Shown here one piece after another: positions 9,516 to 20,348 of a stretch of 64,000 bases of DNA. Positions within the stretch are counted from its first letter, which is position 1, and every line of letters begins with the position of its first letter. The notes under the pieces were generated by a model. That model was not told the DNA's origin, did not search any database, and worked only from the letters and a program-made list of their open reading frames with translations. This stretch comes from an uncultured Chroococcidiopsis sp. (GTDB lineage: Bacteria > Cyanobacteriota > Cyanobacteriia > Cyanobacteriales > Chroococcidiopsidaceae). The position numbers and the translations under genes are program-made. The DNA lies in NCBI GenBank assembly GCA_964248365.1, contig CAXTYC010000001.1, positions 332,151 through 396,150 of the forward strand. Direction: 5' to 3'.

Positions 9516-10829
9516 ATGAAAGCGATCGCCAGCCAACTAGCAACCATTGTCGGCACACAAGGAGTTTGTGAATGGGATAATATAGATGCGACGCGCACCC
9601 AGCAGATCCGACGAGCGATCGCTACTACCACTACTCCTAGTTGCATAGTTTATCCCAAAAGTCAAGCAGAATTAGCAGCAGTTATCGCCCAGGCTGATAG
9701 TAACAACTGGCGCATTTTAGCTTTTGGTAGCGGCAGTAAAATTAGTTGGGGGGGACTAGCAAAAGATGTTCAGGTGCTTGTTAGTACAGAACGGTTAAAT
9801 CAAATAATTCAACACGCTGTAGGTGATTTGACAATCACAGTAGAAGCAGGAACCGTCTTTGCTGATATTCAGACTACTTTAGCTCGTGCAGGACAATTTC
9901 TGGCTCTCGATCCAACTGCCCCAGAATTAGCCACAATAGGAGGTATCGTTGCTACAGCTGATACTAACTCTTTGCGGCAACGCTATAACAGTGTGCGCGA
10001 TCAGTTGCTGGGAATTTCCTTTGTGAGGGCAGATGGAGAAATTGCCAAAGCTGGGGGACGAGTGGTGAAAAATGTTGCAGGTTATGACTTGATGAAGTTG
10101 TTTACTGGTTCCTATGGCAGTTTGGGGATAATAACTCAAGTGACGTTTCGAGTTTATCCAATGCCGGAAGCGTCTGGGACTGTGGTTGTGACTGGAACGG
10201 GGGAGGCGATCGCCAAAGCTACATCTATCCTGCGTAGTTCGGCTTTGACACCCACCAAAGCTGATTTACTCTCAACTGGGCTAGTAGCTAATCTAGGTAT
10301 AGGTAAAGGACTAGGATTAGTGACTCGCTTTGGTAGTCTGAGCGAAAGTGTAAAGGAACAGTCTACTCGGCTGGTAGAAGTTGGGCAACTCCTCGGTTTA
10401 CAGACAGCTATCTACTCAGATGAGGATGAAACCCAATTATGGCAACAATTGTCAACACAAATCCAGAATTCTCAACCAAATCAATCAATTACTTGCAAAA
10501 TAGGAGTATTACCCTCAACGGCTGTAGCTACGCTAAATCAGCTAGATCAAATTGCGCCCCAACAGGGAATAGGTTTGATTCATGCTGGTAGTGGATTGGG
10601 GTTATTGCGGTTCGACCCAAATGTCAAAACTCATACCGTTTTGCAGATGAGAACATTTTGCCAAACTCAAGGAGGTTTTTTGACAATCTTGGATGCGCCA
10701 GTCGCGTTCAAGCAACAGTTGGATGTCTGGGGTTACAGGGGTAATGCATTGGAATTAATGCGTCGAATTAAGCAGCAGTTTGATCCGAAGAATATTTTGA
10801 GTCCTTATCGGTTTGTGGGAGGGATTTAG
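9516..10829 (+). CDS. glcE: Glycolate dehydrogenase FAD-binding subunit
   Basis: ATIGGIVAT, AGGRVVKNVAGYDLMKLFTGSYGSLG, C-terminal FDPKNILSP; adjacent to glcF. Confidence 0.88.
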   Translation: MKAIASQLATIVGTQGVCEWDNIDATRTQQIRRAIATTTTPSCIVYPKSQAELAAVIAQADSNNWRILAFGSGSKISWGGLAKDVQVLVSTERLNQIIQHAVGDLTITVEAGTVFADIQTTLARAGQFLALDPTAPELATIGGIVATADTNSLRQRYNSVRDQLLGISFVRADGEIAKAGGRVVKNVAGYDLMKLFTGSYGSLGIITQVTFRVYPMPEASGTVVVTGTGEAIAKATSILRSSALTPTKADLLSTGLVANLGIGKGLGLVTRFGSLSESVKEQSTRLVEVGQLLGLQTAIYSDEDETQLWQQLSTQIQNSQPNQSITCKIGVLPSTAVATLNQLDQIAPQQGIGLIHAGSGLGLLRFDPNVKTHTVLQMRTFCQTQGGFLTILDAPVAFKQQLDVWGYRGNALELMRRIKQQFDPKNILSPYRFVGGI

Positions 10830-10831
10830 TG

Positions 10832-10912
10832 GAGGGGCTAGGGGAGCTGTGTGCGTTGCCGCTGTTCCCTGCGTTGAGCGCAACTGGCGTGCTAGGGGCT
10901 AGGGGCTAGAGG
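10832..10912. repeat. Small dispersed repeat embedded in (ctagggg)n tandem repeats
   Basis: The reverse complement of 10844-10891 (cacgccagttgcgctcaacgcagggaacagcggca) matches the element inside the debranching gene at 36679. Confidence 0.7.
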
Positions 10913-10966
10913 AACCAAGGGCTAGTCAAACTTTCATCTGTGGTTAAAAACAAATTTAAATAACTC

Positions 10967-12337
10967 ATGCAAACTTCAGAATCTCCTTTAAATAATTTAT
11001 CGGGTGAAAAAGTAGCTACTATCAAGGATTTAAATGGGTTTGATGAGCATCATCCTCCCGATCCAAAATTGATTGATAGCTGCGTTCACTGTGGGTTTTG
11101 TTTGTCTACTTGTCCGAGTTATCGGGTGATGGGCAAGGAGATGGATTCTCCAAGGGGTCGCATTTATTTGATGGATGCGATTAATGAGGGTGAGATTGCT
11201 TTGAATACTGCCACTGTGCAGCATTTTGATTCGTGTTTGGGATGTTTAGCTTGTGTTACTACTTGTCCTTCTGGTGTGCAGTATGACAAGTTGATTTCTG
11301 CTACTCGTCCGCAGGTTGAGCGGAATTACCCGCGTGGTTTGTTAGATAGGCTTTATCGCCAAGTTATTTTTTCCTTTTTTCCCTATCCCAATCGGGTACG
11401 GTGGTTGCTAGTTCCTTTACTGGTGTATCAGACGCTGGGTTTGCAGAAGCTTGTCCGTGCTACCAAACTACTGAAGATATTTTCTCCCCGCTTGGCTGCA
11501 ATGGAATCGATTCTGCCGAAAATTACGCTCGGTTCTTTCAAAGATAGCCTTCCTACTGTGATTGGGGCAAAAGGTGAGAAGCGCTATCGGGTGGGGATGA
11601 TTTTGGGTTGTGTGCAACGGTTGTTTTTCTCCCCAGTAAATGAGGCTACGGTTAGGGTTTTAACTGGTAATGGTTGTGAGGTGGTGATTCCGAAAACTCA
11701 AGGTTGCTGTGCTGCACTACCCCATCATCAGGGACAAGAAGAACAAGCCAAGCAACTTGCCCGAAATATGATTGATAGTTTTGCAGCTACTGATGTGGAT
11801 GTTGTGATTATCAATGCGGCTGGCTGCGGTCATACTTTGAAGGAATATGGACATCTATTGCAAGATGATCCGCAATATCGGGAAAAAGCAAAGGAATTCG
11901 CGGCTAAGGTGAAGGATGTGCAGGAATTTTTGGCTACGGCTGGGTTAACAGCCGAACTTTCGCCCTTGGCGGATAAACCGCTAACTCTGGTTTATCAAGA
12001 TGCTTGTCATTTGTTGCACGGGCAAAAGATTAGTGTGCAGCCGCGTCAACTGCTCAAGCAAATACCAGGGGTGCAGCTAAGAGAACCAATCGATGCGGCT
12101 TTGTGTTGTGGTAGTGCAGGTGTTTACAATATGCTGCAACCAGATGTTGCGGATGATTTGGGTAAGCAAAAAGTTGACAATCTGCTCAATACTGGTGCTG
12201 ATTTAATTACTTCTGCTAATCCAGGTTGCACTTTGCAAATTACTAAACATTTGCGCCAGCAGGGTAAGGAAATTTCGATTATGCATCCCATTGAGTTGTT
12301 AGATTATTCGATGCGGGGAATGAAGATCGAAATGTAG
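10967..12337 (+). CDS. glcF: Glycolate dehydrogenase iron-sulfur subunit
   Basis: CVHCGFCLSTCP and CLGCLACVTTCP 4Fe-4S motifs plus two CCG-type domains. Confidence 0.93.
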   Translation: MQTSESPLNNLSGEKVATIKDLNGFDEHHPPDPKLIDSCVHCGFCLSTCPSYRVMGKEMDSPRGRIYLMDAINEGEIALNTATVQHFDSCLGCLACVTTCPSGVQYDKLISATRPQVERNYPRGLLDRLYRQVIFSFFPYPNRVRWLLVPLLVYQTLGLQKLVRATKLLKIFSPRLAAMESILPKITLGSFKDSLPTVIGAKGEKRYRVGMILGCVQRLFFSPVNEATVRVLTGNGCEVVIPKTQGCCAALPHHQGQEEQAKQLARNMIDSFAATDVDVVIINAAGCGHTLKEYGHLLQDDPQYREKAKEFAAKVKDVQEFLATAGLTAELSPLADKPLTLVYQDACHLLHGQKISVQPRQLLKQIPGVQLREPIDAALCCGSAGVYNMLQPDVADDLGKQKVDNLLNTGADLITSANPGCTLQITKHLRQQGKEISIMHPIELLDYSMRGMKIEM

Positions 12338-12356
12338 AGACTTGGATTAATTAGGG

Positions 12357-12405
12357 GGATGCAGAGCATCCGATGCCTCGTTCCCAGGCTGAGCCTGGGA
12401 ACGAG
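12357..12405. repeat. Palindromic REP-like element between convergent genes
   Basis: Perfect 14-bp arms ctcgttcccaggct-g-agcctgggaacgag, preceded by ggatgcagagcatcc. A degenerate copy lies at 21105-21149. Confidence 0.8.
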
Positions 12406-12407
12406 TT

Positions 12408-13787
12408 CTACCTCGCTTGAGTGGCTAAACTTTTAGCAGTATGAAGCCGTTTACCTGTAACAACTAAGCGTACATTAGTGGGGGCTGAAACCAAACCTCG
12501 ACGTACAGGTTTGACTGGGCGATTATCTGCTAGTTCTAATTCCAGGCTGGAAAGAATTTTTGCAAGTACTACTTTCATTTCAAATAGAGCAAATGCCATG
12601 CCAATACAGCGCCGACTACCACCCCCAAAGGGTAGATATTCATAGGGGGAAAATTGGCGTTCTAAAAAGCGCTCTGGCTTAAACTTTTCCGGCTCTGGGT
12701 ACACATCTTTCCGCCGATGAGCGAGATAAATACAGCCCATTAGTACTGTACCTGGCTCTAACTGGTAGTCCAGCAGTTGCACTGGTGTTTGTACCACGCG
12801 AGCAAAGGTAAGCATCCCAACTGGATAAATTCGCAGAGTTTCCGAGCAGACAGCATTTAGATAAGGTAGTCGGAAAATGGCGTTATTGTCTGGTTTTTCA
12901 CCCAGGCTATCGAGTTCCTGCAGCAGCTTGTCGCGCACATCAGGCAGCTTGTGAATCCAGTACAACGCCCATGTTATAGCAGTCGCCGTAGTTTCATGAC
13001 CAGCAAACAGCATTGTCATCAACTCATCACGTAATTCGTTGTCTGTCATTGGCGAACCTGCTTCATCACGCGCAGACATAAGCAATGCCAAGATGTCTGT
13101 ACGGTTGGGATCGGGTTGCTCTCGGCGTTCTTGAATTTCTGTATAGATGAGAGAATCGATTTGCTGTTTTTGGCGTAAAAAGCGTCCCCAAGGGCTCCTC
13201 GCGCCTAAATCCTTTTGTAGAATTGGAAAAAACAGCATACTGGCACTTAAGGGGGAACTCGTGACATCGATCATAGAACAGAGGAGTTCCTCTATCTTTT
13301 GGTAGCGCGAGCCTTCACTTAGCCCAAATACGGCACGTAAGATCACTCGCAGGGAGATCGCTTGCATTGACGGACGGACGGGAAAGGGTTCGCCAATTTT
13401 CCATTGGCTAATTACTTGCTCGGTAATGTCGCTAATGATTTGACCATAGGCTCGCATCCTTTCGCCATGAAAGGGAGGCATTAGCAACTGACGCTCACGC
13501 CGATGGTGTGAGCCACTGAGCATGATTACTCCAGAATCTCCCAGCAAAGGGCGAAAAATCTCGTTCATATCCCCAGGCGCATCAAACTGTTTGCTATCGC
13601 CTGTCAACATCTCCTCAATTGCCTGCGGGTTGCTCACGAATACCAAGGGGCGAAAATTACTACCTATCCGCACTGTGAAGCAGTCGCCATAGCGATCGGC
13701 ACACTTATGCATGAAGGCAAATGGGTTAGCGATCCATTGCATCATTTGCACAAGTGCTGGAGATTGTGGACCTTGAGGTAGTTTCAT
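12408..13787 (-). CDS. Cytochrome P450 (CYP110-like)
   Basis: AGHETT, ETLR, PERF and heme motif FGGGSRRCIG. Confidence 0.95.
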   Translation of the reverse strand: MKLPQGPQSPALVQMMQWIANPFAFMHKCADRYGDCFTVRIGSNFRPLVFVSNPQAIEEMLTGDSKQFDAPGDMNEIFRPLLGDSGVIMLSGSHHRRERQLLMPPFHGERMRAYGQIISDITEQVISQWKIGEPFPVRPSMQAISLRVILRAVFGLSEGSRYQKIEELLCSMIDVTSSPLSASMLFFPILQKDLGARSPWGRFLRQKQQIDSLIYTEIQERREQPDPNRTDILALLMSARDEAGSPMTDNELRDELMTMLFAGHETTATAITWALYWIHKLPDVRDKLLQELDSLGEKPDNNAIFRLPYLNAVCSETLRIYPVGMLTFARVVQTPVQLLDYQLEPGTVLMGCIYLAHRRKDVYPEPEKFKPERFLERQFSPYEYLPFGGGSRRCIGMAFALFEMKVVLAKILSSLELELADNRPVKPVRRGLVSAPTNVRLVVTGKRLHTAKSLATQAR

Positions 13788-13971
13788 AAGCGAATTTAAG
13801 AAAGTTTTCTATATATTTACAACAAGCCTAAGCTATCAAATTACGAACTTAAGCTAGCAAATATACAAATTAATGTGAACTAATTTTAATAAATCTACCG
13901 CAGGGTAATTTAGCCTCAAAGCAGAAGGGAGTAATTTATCGGAAGCGCCTTTAAATAAATTTGCGATCGCT

Positions 13972-15261
13972 ATGAATATAGACATATATATTCTTGACCT
14001 ATTGGTAATTGGTCTACTCCTTTTGATGGTTACATTAGGCTCAGGTTGGATTTCCCGTTTACCGCTTTCTTTTGCGCTGATCTACCTAGTTGTTGGTATT
14101 ATTCTAGGTCCTTATGGATTTAAGCTGATTCAATTAAAACCAGATGCCAATTTTTTAGAGCGAGCAACGGAATTAGTGGTAATTATATCGGTATTTAGCT
14201 GCGGTTTGAAAATGAACCGTCCCTTGAAATTATGGGCATGGGGAATTACAGCGCGGCTGATTGGGTTTTTAATGCCGATTTCGATTGTGGCGATCGCTGC
14301 TGTGGGACATTGGTTGTTAGGAATCAGGTGGGGTGCAGCTATTTTACTGGGAGCAATTCTCGCACCTACCGATCCAGTTTTAGCCTCAGAAGTTCAATTA
14401 TCCGATATTAATGATGATGATGAGTTGCGCTTTGGTTTAACCTCTGAAGGTGGTTTAAATGATGCCTTAGCATTTCCCTTTGTTTATTTCGGACTTTATT
14501 GGTTAAAAGATCCCAACTGGGAATCCTGGTTTAAAAAATGGGTAGGCGTACAATTAATTTGGGAAATTGCAGCTGGTATCATCATGGGAATTGTTGTAGC
14601 CAGAGCAATTGTTTGGCTCGACCGCAAAATACAAAAACGTCGTCCTGCTGATAATTTAATGGAGGATTTTGTAGCGATAGCTACAATTTTGCTCACCTAT
14701 TCTCTTACAGAAATTGTCAACGGCTACGGATTTATTGCTGTCTTTGTAGCAGGAATAGTAGTTGCCAGAGCTTACCACGATCCAGAAAAAAGACTATCTC
14801 AATTGGAATTTTTGGAGCGGATTGAAAAGCTGATGGAAGTCGGAACAATTTTGCTACTCGGTTCAATTTTGAGACTTCAGCCGATGTTAGCCTTTGCTGG
14901 TAACTCGCTTATCGTAGCAGGATTGTTGCTTTTTGTGATTCGACCTGTGGGAGCATGGATCAGTACAATTGGAGCAAATCCCCCCGTAGAAATCCGCCGC
15001 CGTATGCATCCAAAAACCCGTTTGCTACTTGGTTGGTTTGGTATTCGCGGTGTCGGCTCTATATATTATCTATGCTACGCTTTTGGAGAAGGCTTGAAGG
15101 ATCAACTTGGTGAGCAGATTGCCTGGATTACTTACACAACTATTGTAATTTCTGTAATTTTGCATGGGGTTACTTCCACCCCATTAATGAAATGGTATGA
15201 ACGTAGGGTAAAACCCAGTAGTAAAAAGGCTAATTCTGCAACCGTACCTGAGCAAACTTGA
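13972..15261 (+). CDS. Cation:proton antiporter (CPA1/NhaP family)
   Basis: Many TM segments; LAPTDPVLA, EGGLND and GWFGIRG motifs. Confidence 0.92.
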   Translation: MNIDIYILDLLVIGLLLLMVTLGSGWISRLPLSFALIYLVVGIILGPYGFKLIQLKPDANFLERATELVVIISVFSCGLKMNRPLKLWAWGITARLIGFLMPISIVAIAAVGHWLLGIRWGAAILLGAILAPTDPVLASEVQLSDINDDDELRFGLTSEGGLNDALAFPFVYFGLYWLKDPNWESWFKKWVGVQLIWEIAAGIIMGIVVARAIVWLDRKIQKRRPADNLMEDFVAIATILLTYSLTEIVNGYGFIAVFVAGIVVARAYHDPEKRLSQLEFLERIEKLMEVGTILLLGSILRLQPMLAFAGNSLIVAGLLLFVIRPVGAWISTIGANPPVEIRRRMHPKTRLLLGWFGIRGVGSIYYLCYAFGEGLKDQLGEQIAWITYTTIVISVILHGVTSTPLMKWYERRVKPSSKKANSATVPEQT

Positions 15262-15314
15262 TAAGAGCGCGCATTCGGAATTATTTTAAGAATGCCAATA
15301 CAAAAAAACAATAT

Positions 15315-15335
15315 GGTGGGCATTGCCCACCCTAC
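15315..15335 (-). repeat. GTAG-type REP (GTAGGGTGGGCAATGCCCACC)
   Basis: ggtgggcattgcccaccctac palindrome with a CTAC tail; further copies at 22273 and 34230. Confidence 0.85.
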
Positions 15336-15412
15336 GTTAATATCCGAGATTGGCAACGAAAATAATTTTTAATTCGTAATTATAATTTAAGTACGAATTA
15401 CGAATTATTTTG

Positions 15413-15778
15413 TCATTTCTTGGAGAAATTATCTTGGATTTCTGTTAAACCTGGCTGGGAATTTTTTCCTTGAGACTTGACTATGGTTTTTGTGTTAGCC
15501 TTCTCGTTTGGATCAAACAGCTCGTTTTTGTTTGCCAATTCTTGCTTAGTTTCTTCTAGCCTACCTGTTGCTTCACTCATTTCATAGGCACGCTCAATCT
15601 TTTCCTCTGGAGTTGGCTGCTCATCTCCTGGGATTAGCTTTATTTCTTCAAATGTTGCGGCATTAACAGGCAAAGAAGTGAAAATAACTAACCCTGATAA
15701 ACTCAGTAAAGTCATCAGACATAAAGCTAGAATTTTCCTAAAAAATCCTTGACTTAAGGCTAATAAAATGCTTTGCAT
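15413..15778 (-). CDS. Hypothetical secreted protein
   Basis: Signal-peptide-like N-terminus (…PVNA) and charged hydrophilic body. Confidence 0.65.
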   Translation of the reverse strand: MQSILLALSQGFFRKILALCLMTLLSLSGLVIFTSLPVNAATFEEIKLIPGDEQPTPEEKIERAYEMSEATGRLEETKQELANKNELFDPNEKANTKTIVKSQGKNSQPGLTEIQDNFSKK

Positions 15779-15997
15779 GAATCCTCCGTTGTATAATGCG
15801 TGAGTAGATATAGCTACAAAACAATTTTTATGCTGAAAGGAATCCTACGGTTTTAAGTGCATTCGTGCCTTCTGCCAAAGGACACATAGTAATTCGTAAT
15901 TCGTAAGGAAGTCAGGAGTTGTGGAGTTGTGGAGTTGTGAAGTTGTGAATTAATGATTCTCCCACTGTCCCACTCTCCCACTCTCCCAAGCCCCTAG

Positions 15998-17101
15998 TTA
16001 CAGCCATGCTTGATGAATGTGAATGCCTCGGCTTTGCATAGTTTGTTCAAATAAATTGGTGGGTAGTGCTTGTTCGACAGCCCAAACACCAGGCTTTTTG
16101 AGTTTGCCATCTAAGATCAGTTGGGCGATGCTACCAGTGCCACAACCAGAGGCGATCGCTGTATTGTCATGCACTAAAGTTGAACAATAACTTGCACTCT
16201 GACCATTTTTAAATCCAGTCACATGGGAACGAATTGCTACCCCAATGCCGCTAAAAGGATTGGTAACATCGGTCATGAAGTGGCTAACGTGGGATAAAAA
16301 CTCGATAGTAGCTTTTTGCTGCATCAAGGGTTTGGGAAACCAATGTGCCGCAATCCAGGTAAGATGATTATAAAAATCGGGAATTGAGCCAAATTTGGTA
16401 ATTACAGTTTTGACGGGAAAAGCTTCGGGTAGGGTGAAGGCTTCTGGCATATCAAACCAGTAAACATGGGATTTATTATAGGGGGCAGGAAATTGTACCT
16501 TTTCGCGATCGCTATAGGGTTTCACTTCCTTCCACTCGCCATCAATCCAAGCGGTAAACGGTTTTTGTAGTCCTAAAAACGTCGTCCGCATCACCGTTAC
16601 CCCAGCCCCACCAGAACCAGATACCAGGTAACTCAGGTGGATGCGTTCTGGCTGATCCAATTGTTCAACTCCTTGACGCACCATGCTGTTAGAAATGCCA
16701 GGGAACACGCCAGTATTAACAATTGCTGTCACTCCCGCCGACTCGGCTGCCGAATGCCAGTTTAGTGCTTTGCGGGTAAAGGATCTGTGATCGCTAACAT
16801 CCAGATAGTCGGCACCTTGTTCAATGCACATTTGGAGAACACTAGCATCGCGGTAGTGAAAGGGACCTGCACAGTGAATTACCAGATTAGAAAATGCGAT
16901 CGCTTTTTTTAATCCTTCTTTATCCGCCAAATCCAATTCTAGAAACTGCACTCTTGAACCTAGTTGTTCGCTGATTGCTATCCCAGCAGCCCGATGGCGG
17001 CTAGTAATCGTAATTTGTGCCAAGGTGTGGGTAACGAGATCTTGGGCTACACTTCTACCAATCCGCCCCCGACCGCCAAGAATTAATACCTGGTCTGTCA
17101 T
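15998..17101 (-). CDS. Saccharopine dehydrogenase-like oxidoreductase
   Basis: ILGGRGRIG Rossmann motif, HCAGPF, GVFPGISN. Confidence 0.88.
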   Translation of the reverse strand: MTDQVLILGGRGRIGRSVAQDLVTHTLAQITITSRHRAAGIAISEQLGSRVQFLELDLADKEGLKKAIAFSNLVIHCAGPFHYRDASVLQMCIEQGADYLDVSDHRSFTRKALNWHSAAESAGVTAIVNTGVFPGISNSMVRQGVEQLDQPERIHLSYLVSGSGGAGVTVMRTTFLGLQKPFTAWIDGEWKEVKPYSDREKVQFPAPYNKSHVYWFDMPEAFTLPEAFPVKTVITKFGSIPDFYNHLTWIAAHWFPKPLMQQKATIEFLSHVSHFMTDVTNPFSGIGVAIRSHVTGFKNGQSASYCSTLVHDNTAIASGCGTGSIAQLILDGKLKKPGVWAVEQALPTNLFEQTMQSRGIHIHQAWL

Positions 17102-17177
17102 TGATTCAGAACTGTGACACCATATCTATTTCAGCAAATTTAACTCCACCTGTCCCTCGGTTACAAGGATGACTTTG

Positions 17178-17470
17178 AAAGGATGAAGGTAGAAGGATGA
17201 AGGCTGAAATCAAAAATCTAATTCGGATGCAAGCATCTTTAATCGGATATTACCTGCCTCTAAAGTATGAAAGGTCGAAGGATAAAGGAAAAAGGGTGAA
17301 GGCAAAAAGGTTGAAGGATAAAGGATAAAGGTTGAAGAATAAAGGATGAAGGATGAAGGGAAAAAAGAAAAGGGAAAAGGGAAAAGGGAAGAGGGAAATA
17401 ATTAAATATTCTGATCTCCACAACTCCTGACTCCTTCACACTTCATCCTTCACACTTGGTCACTTCATCC
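17178..17470. repeat. Purine-rich STRR-like heptamer tract
   Basis: Repeated aaggatg/aagggaa units followed by complementary cttcatc/ccttcac units. Confidence 0.75.
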
Positions 17471-19156
17471 TTTGAACACAGATTGCACAGTCGATTTGAT
17501 TGAATCTCTTGCATCCTTGAGTGTCTCAGCGATGGGATGCTGTTCGTGCAAGAAAACCCTAGCACAGTTACGTCCTGGCAATCCTGAAATCGATCCGCCT
17601 GGATGCGTCCCTGCACCTGTAAGAAACAGATTCTCAATCGGGGTCTTATAATTAGCCAATTCCGGTAAGGGGCGGAAGCACAGCATTTGATCTAATGTCA
17701 TGTCGAGGTGGTAGTAGTTCCCCTTGTAAAACCCTAGACGTTGTGACAACTCGGCTGGGCTTTCCACATGACGAGCGATAATTGAGTATTTGAGATTGGG
17801 TGAATAGTGTGCTAGTTTTTCGACTACGCGATCGGCAACTTTGTTTTTCAGTTCATCCGTCCAACCCGTACCCTTCAATCCTGTGCCTTCTGCACCTGCA
17901 ATTTGATACGGTGCAAAAAACTCAATCCACGCTGTATGCTTGCCGGATGGAGCCATTGAAGGGTCAAGTCCGGTAGGCATAACCATATACATGGAGGGGT
18001 CTTCATCTGGAATTTTGCCGATTGAACAGTCGCTATGAGCCTTTTCCACATGATTGACCGAATCTGCAATCAGGATAGAGCCAATCAGGTATTCATCCTT
18101 GTGTTCGTGGTGTTCAAACCGCAACGGCTCGTTTAAAGCCAAGTCAATTTTGAGGATGCTTTCATTATTATCAAAGATGCGGCGGTCTATTCTTTCGTGC
18201 AAATTTGGATCGGCACTATCTACATCGCTTTTTTCCACCATGTTCAGGAATAAGCGCTTAGCATCGATACTTGAAATTACACCTTTGTTAGCGCGATATT
18301 CTTTACCACCAGCAACTCTCACACCGACCGCTTTACCATCATCAACTAAGACTTGTTCAACGATCTTTTCGGTGAGAATTACGCCACCTAGACTTTGTAC
18401 TGCTTTGACTAATGCTTCAGTTAGTGCGCCAGTCCCGCCGCGTGGTCGCGCCATACCTGGTTCATGACGCATAACCATCATCATCGCCCCGAAAGCCATT
18501 GCTTTTTGAGAGGGGGGAGAACTCAGTTCGGCTGAGAGTCGCGCCAAGGGTGCTTTGAGAAACTCGGAATCAAAATACTCGTTAATATTGTCTAGGGGAC
18601 TGCCTAGAATTGTACGCAGAAAATCCAAAGTATCGTTAGCACCGCCCAAAAGTGAGAAAAGGTTTTTAAGACTACTTAGATCGTAGTTTCCCGCCATTCC
18701 TACCAAATCTTTGGGCGGGGCGTTGAAAAATGGAGTAACTGATCGCACGAAACGCTGCCAAAAGTCAACATATTCGGCATATTTTTTGGCATCGCGATCG
18801 CTATATCGGGCAATCTCTGCACAAGTCTTTTCGACTGATTTATGAGCTAGGAAATACTTACCATCGGGATGGGGACAAAAGACGACTGGATCGCACTGAA
18901 GGTACTCTAAGCCGTATTTATATAGTTCTAATTCCTCTATTACAGGTCCGAGGAAAATAAATAGGTGGTTGATAGCGCAGGGGTTAAATTTGAAACCAGG
19001 CGCTTGTTGGGGCATAAGTTCTTCTGTAGTGCAACCGCCACCAGGAAGCGATCGCGCCTCCAGTAGCAAAACGCTGTATCCTGCTTTGAGTAGATAGGCT
19101 GCACACACTAGCGCATTGTGTCCTGCGCCAATAATAACGACATCGTACGCTTCCAT
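17465..19156 (-). CDS. crtO: CrtO-type beta-carotene ketolase, divergent paralogue
   Basis: IIGAGHNALV FAD motif, APGFKFN, LFLTGAGTHPGGSISG; homologous over its full length to 24997..26697. Confidence 0.75.
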   Translation of the reverse strand: MEAYDVVIIGAGHNALVCAAYLLKAGYSVLLLEARSLPGGGCTTEELMPQQAPGFKFNPCAINHLFIFLGPVIEELELYKYGLEYLQCDPVVFCPHPDGKYFLAHKSVEKTCAEIARYSDRDAKKYAEYVDFWQRFVRSVTPFFNAPPKDLVGMAGNYDLSSLKNLFSLLGGANDTLDFLRTILGSPLDNINEYFDSEFLKAPLARLSAELSSPPSQKAMAFGAMMMVMRHEPGMARPRGGTGALTEALVKAVQSLGGVILTEKIVEQVLVDDGKAVGVRVAGGKEYRANKGVISSIDAKRLFLNMVEKSDVDSADPNLHERIDRRIFDNNESILKIDLALNEPLRFEHHEHKDEYLIGSILIADSVNHVEKAHSDCSIGKIPDEDPSMYMVMPTGLDPSMAPSGKHTAWIEFFAPYQIAGAEGTGLKGTGWTDELKNKVADRVVEKLAHYSPNLKYSIIARHVESPAELSQRLGFYKGNYYHLDMTLDQMLCFRPLPELANYKTPIENLFLTGAGTHPGGSISGLPGRNCARVFLHEQHPIAETLKDARDSIKSTVQSVFKG

Positions 19157-19283
19157 GACTGAGGATTCGGGTGTATGATACTTTCTTCTTCCCCGATATT
19201 AGAAAGCGCTTAAGAATTCTAAATCTTTCGCCAGTTATAGAATCAGGACTCAGGTATTTGTGTAATTAAGCTTTTGTCCGCAC

Positions 19284-19709
19284 TTAATCAACGGGAGGAT
19301 GCCAACCACACAATTACCCAACGCCTGCGAGCAACAATTATAACTGGATTATTCATACGCAGACGCAAAGGCTGTAGCTCGACCGATAGCAGTTATACCT
19401 TCAACCCTTATGCCATCAAAACTCCAGGCAAAATGCTCAAACCATATTTGCAAGGGGATTAAACAGGGATAGAGTTTCTCCGGTCAATGGGTCTACAGCA
19501 TCAGTTGCATCACCTTTGAATTCGTTGCACGAACGACAGGCTAAACAAACATCCTCCTCGGTTGTCTCTCCACCTTTAGAAATAGGCTGAATATGATCCT
19601 ACGTCATAGGAATCCCGCTATTTGCTTCGCTAGTCAAGCAATAGCAGCAACGCGCTTGGTCGCTATTTACAATTCGATTTCGTAAACTTTCAGGAATATA
19701 TGCAGACAC
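19284..19709 (-). pseudogene. HNH endonuclease pseudogene (not in ORF track)
   Basis: Manual translation: MSAYIPESLRNRI..RCCYC..GIPMT*DHIQPISKGG...CLACRSCNEFKG..DPLTGE..LFNP / W.EHFAWS.DG..EGITAIGRAT / LRMNN..ARRRWV / GWHPP. TAG at 19599-19601 plus about three frameshifts. Confidence 0.88.
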
Positions 19710-19715
19710 TATGAA

Positions 19716-20120
19716 TCATGGAGTTAGCACACTATGTCCCCGCCAACGTAGTAATACTGCTGCTTGGGCTTTTCGTAGCATAAAACGGTCAGCCTCCTGC
19801 CGCAGTACTGCCAACTCTATGCATTGGGCTTCAGTAAGTAAACCGCTTGAGTTATCTTCAAGCAAAATGTTGTATCGTTCCATGTCTGTGGTTGTTTTTC
19901 GACTATGGAAAATCTGCCACAGGGTATTATCATCTACTTTGTCCAAGGCAGCAAGGTCAGCCTGAAATTCCTCTGGTACATCATCCCATGTTGGGGGGCT
20001 GCCTACTTGTAAAGCATGAAGCATGACTTCTTCAAGAGGGCGCTGCGTAGCGTGGGCAGTATTAACTAAGCGCCGATAGAGTATTTCTGGTATTTGGAGA
20101 GTAACAGTTTCAGCTGGCAT
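19716..20120 (-). CDS. Hypothetical protein, upstream partner of the HNH gene (antitoxin-like)
   Basis: RHH-like N-terminus VTLQIPEILYRRL and C-terminal MLRKAQAAVLLRWRG; stop lies 6 bp upstream of the HNH start. Confidence 0.75.
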   Translation of the reverse strand: MPAETVTLQIPEILYRRLVNTAHATQRPLEEVMLHALQVGSPPTWDDVPEEFQADLAALDKVDDNTLWQIFHSRKTTTDMERYNILLEDNSSGLLTEAQCIELAVLRQEADRFMLRKAQAAVLLRWRGHSVLTP

Positions 20121-20348
20121 ATTTAATCTTTACTAATAGCTAATTATTATACATTTAGTCAAGATTGAGTTGCGATTGTTTCAATTACATTTCTAATATT
20201 TACATCTAAAGATATTCTCAAGTTTGCACTGCAAATTCTTCTGGATCAATTCCCCAATTCACCCTGCGAATTGCTTCTCTTGCAGATGTTATATTAGGCG
20301 CTACTCGTAAAGCGTGAATGTATCGTGTGCTAGGGCAACGATTTTTAT

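Noticed and set aside
19274..19965. Plus-strand ORFs 19274..19462 and 19711..19965
   Set aside because: Antisense shadows of the HNH pseudogene and its partner gene.
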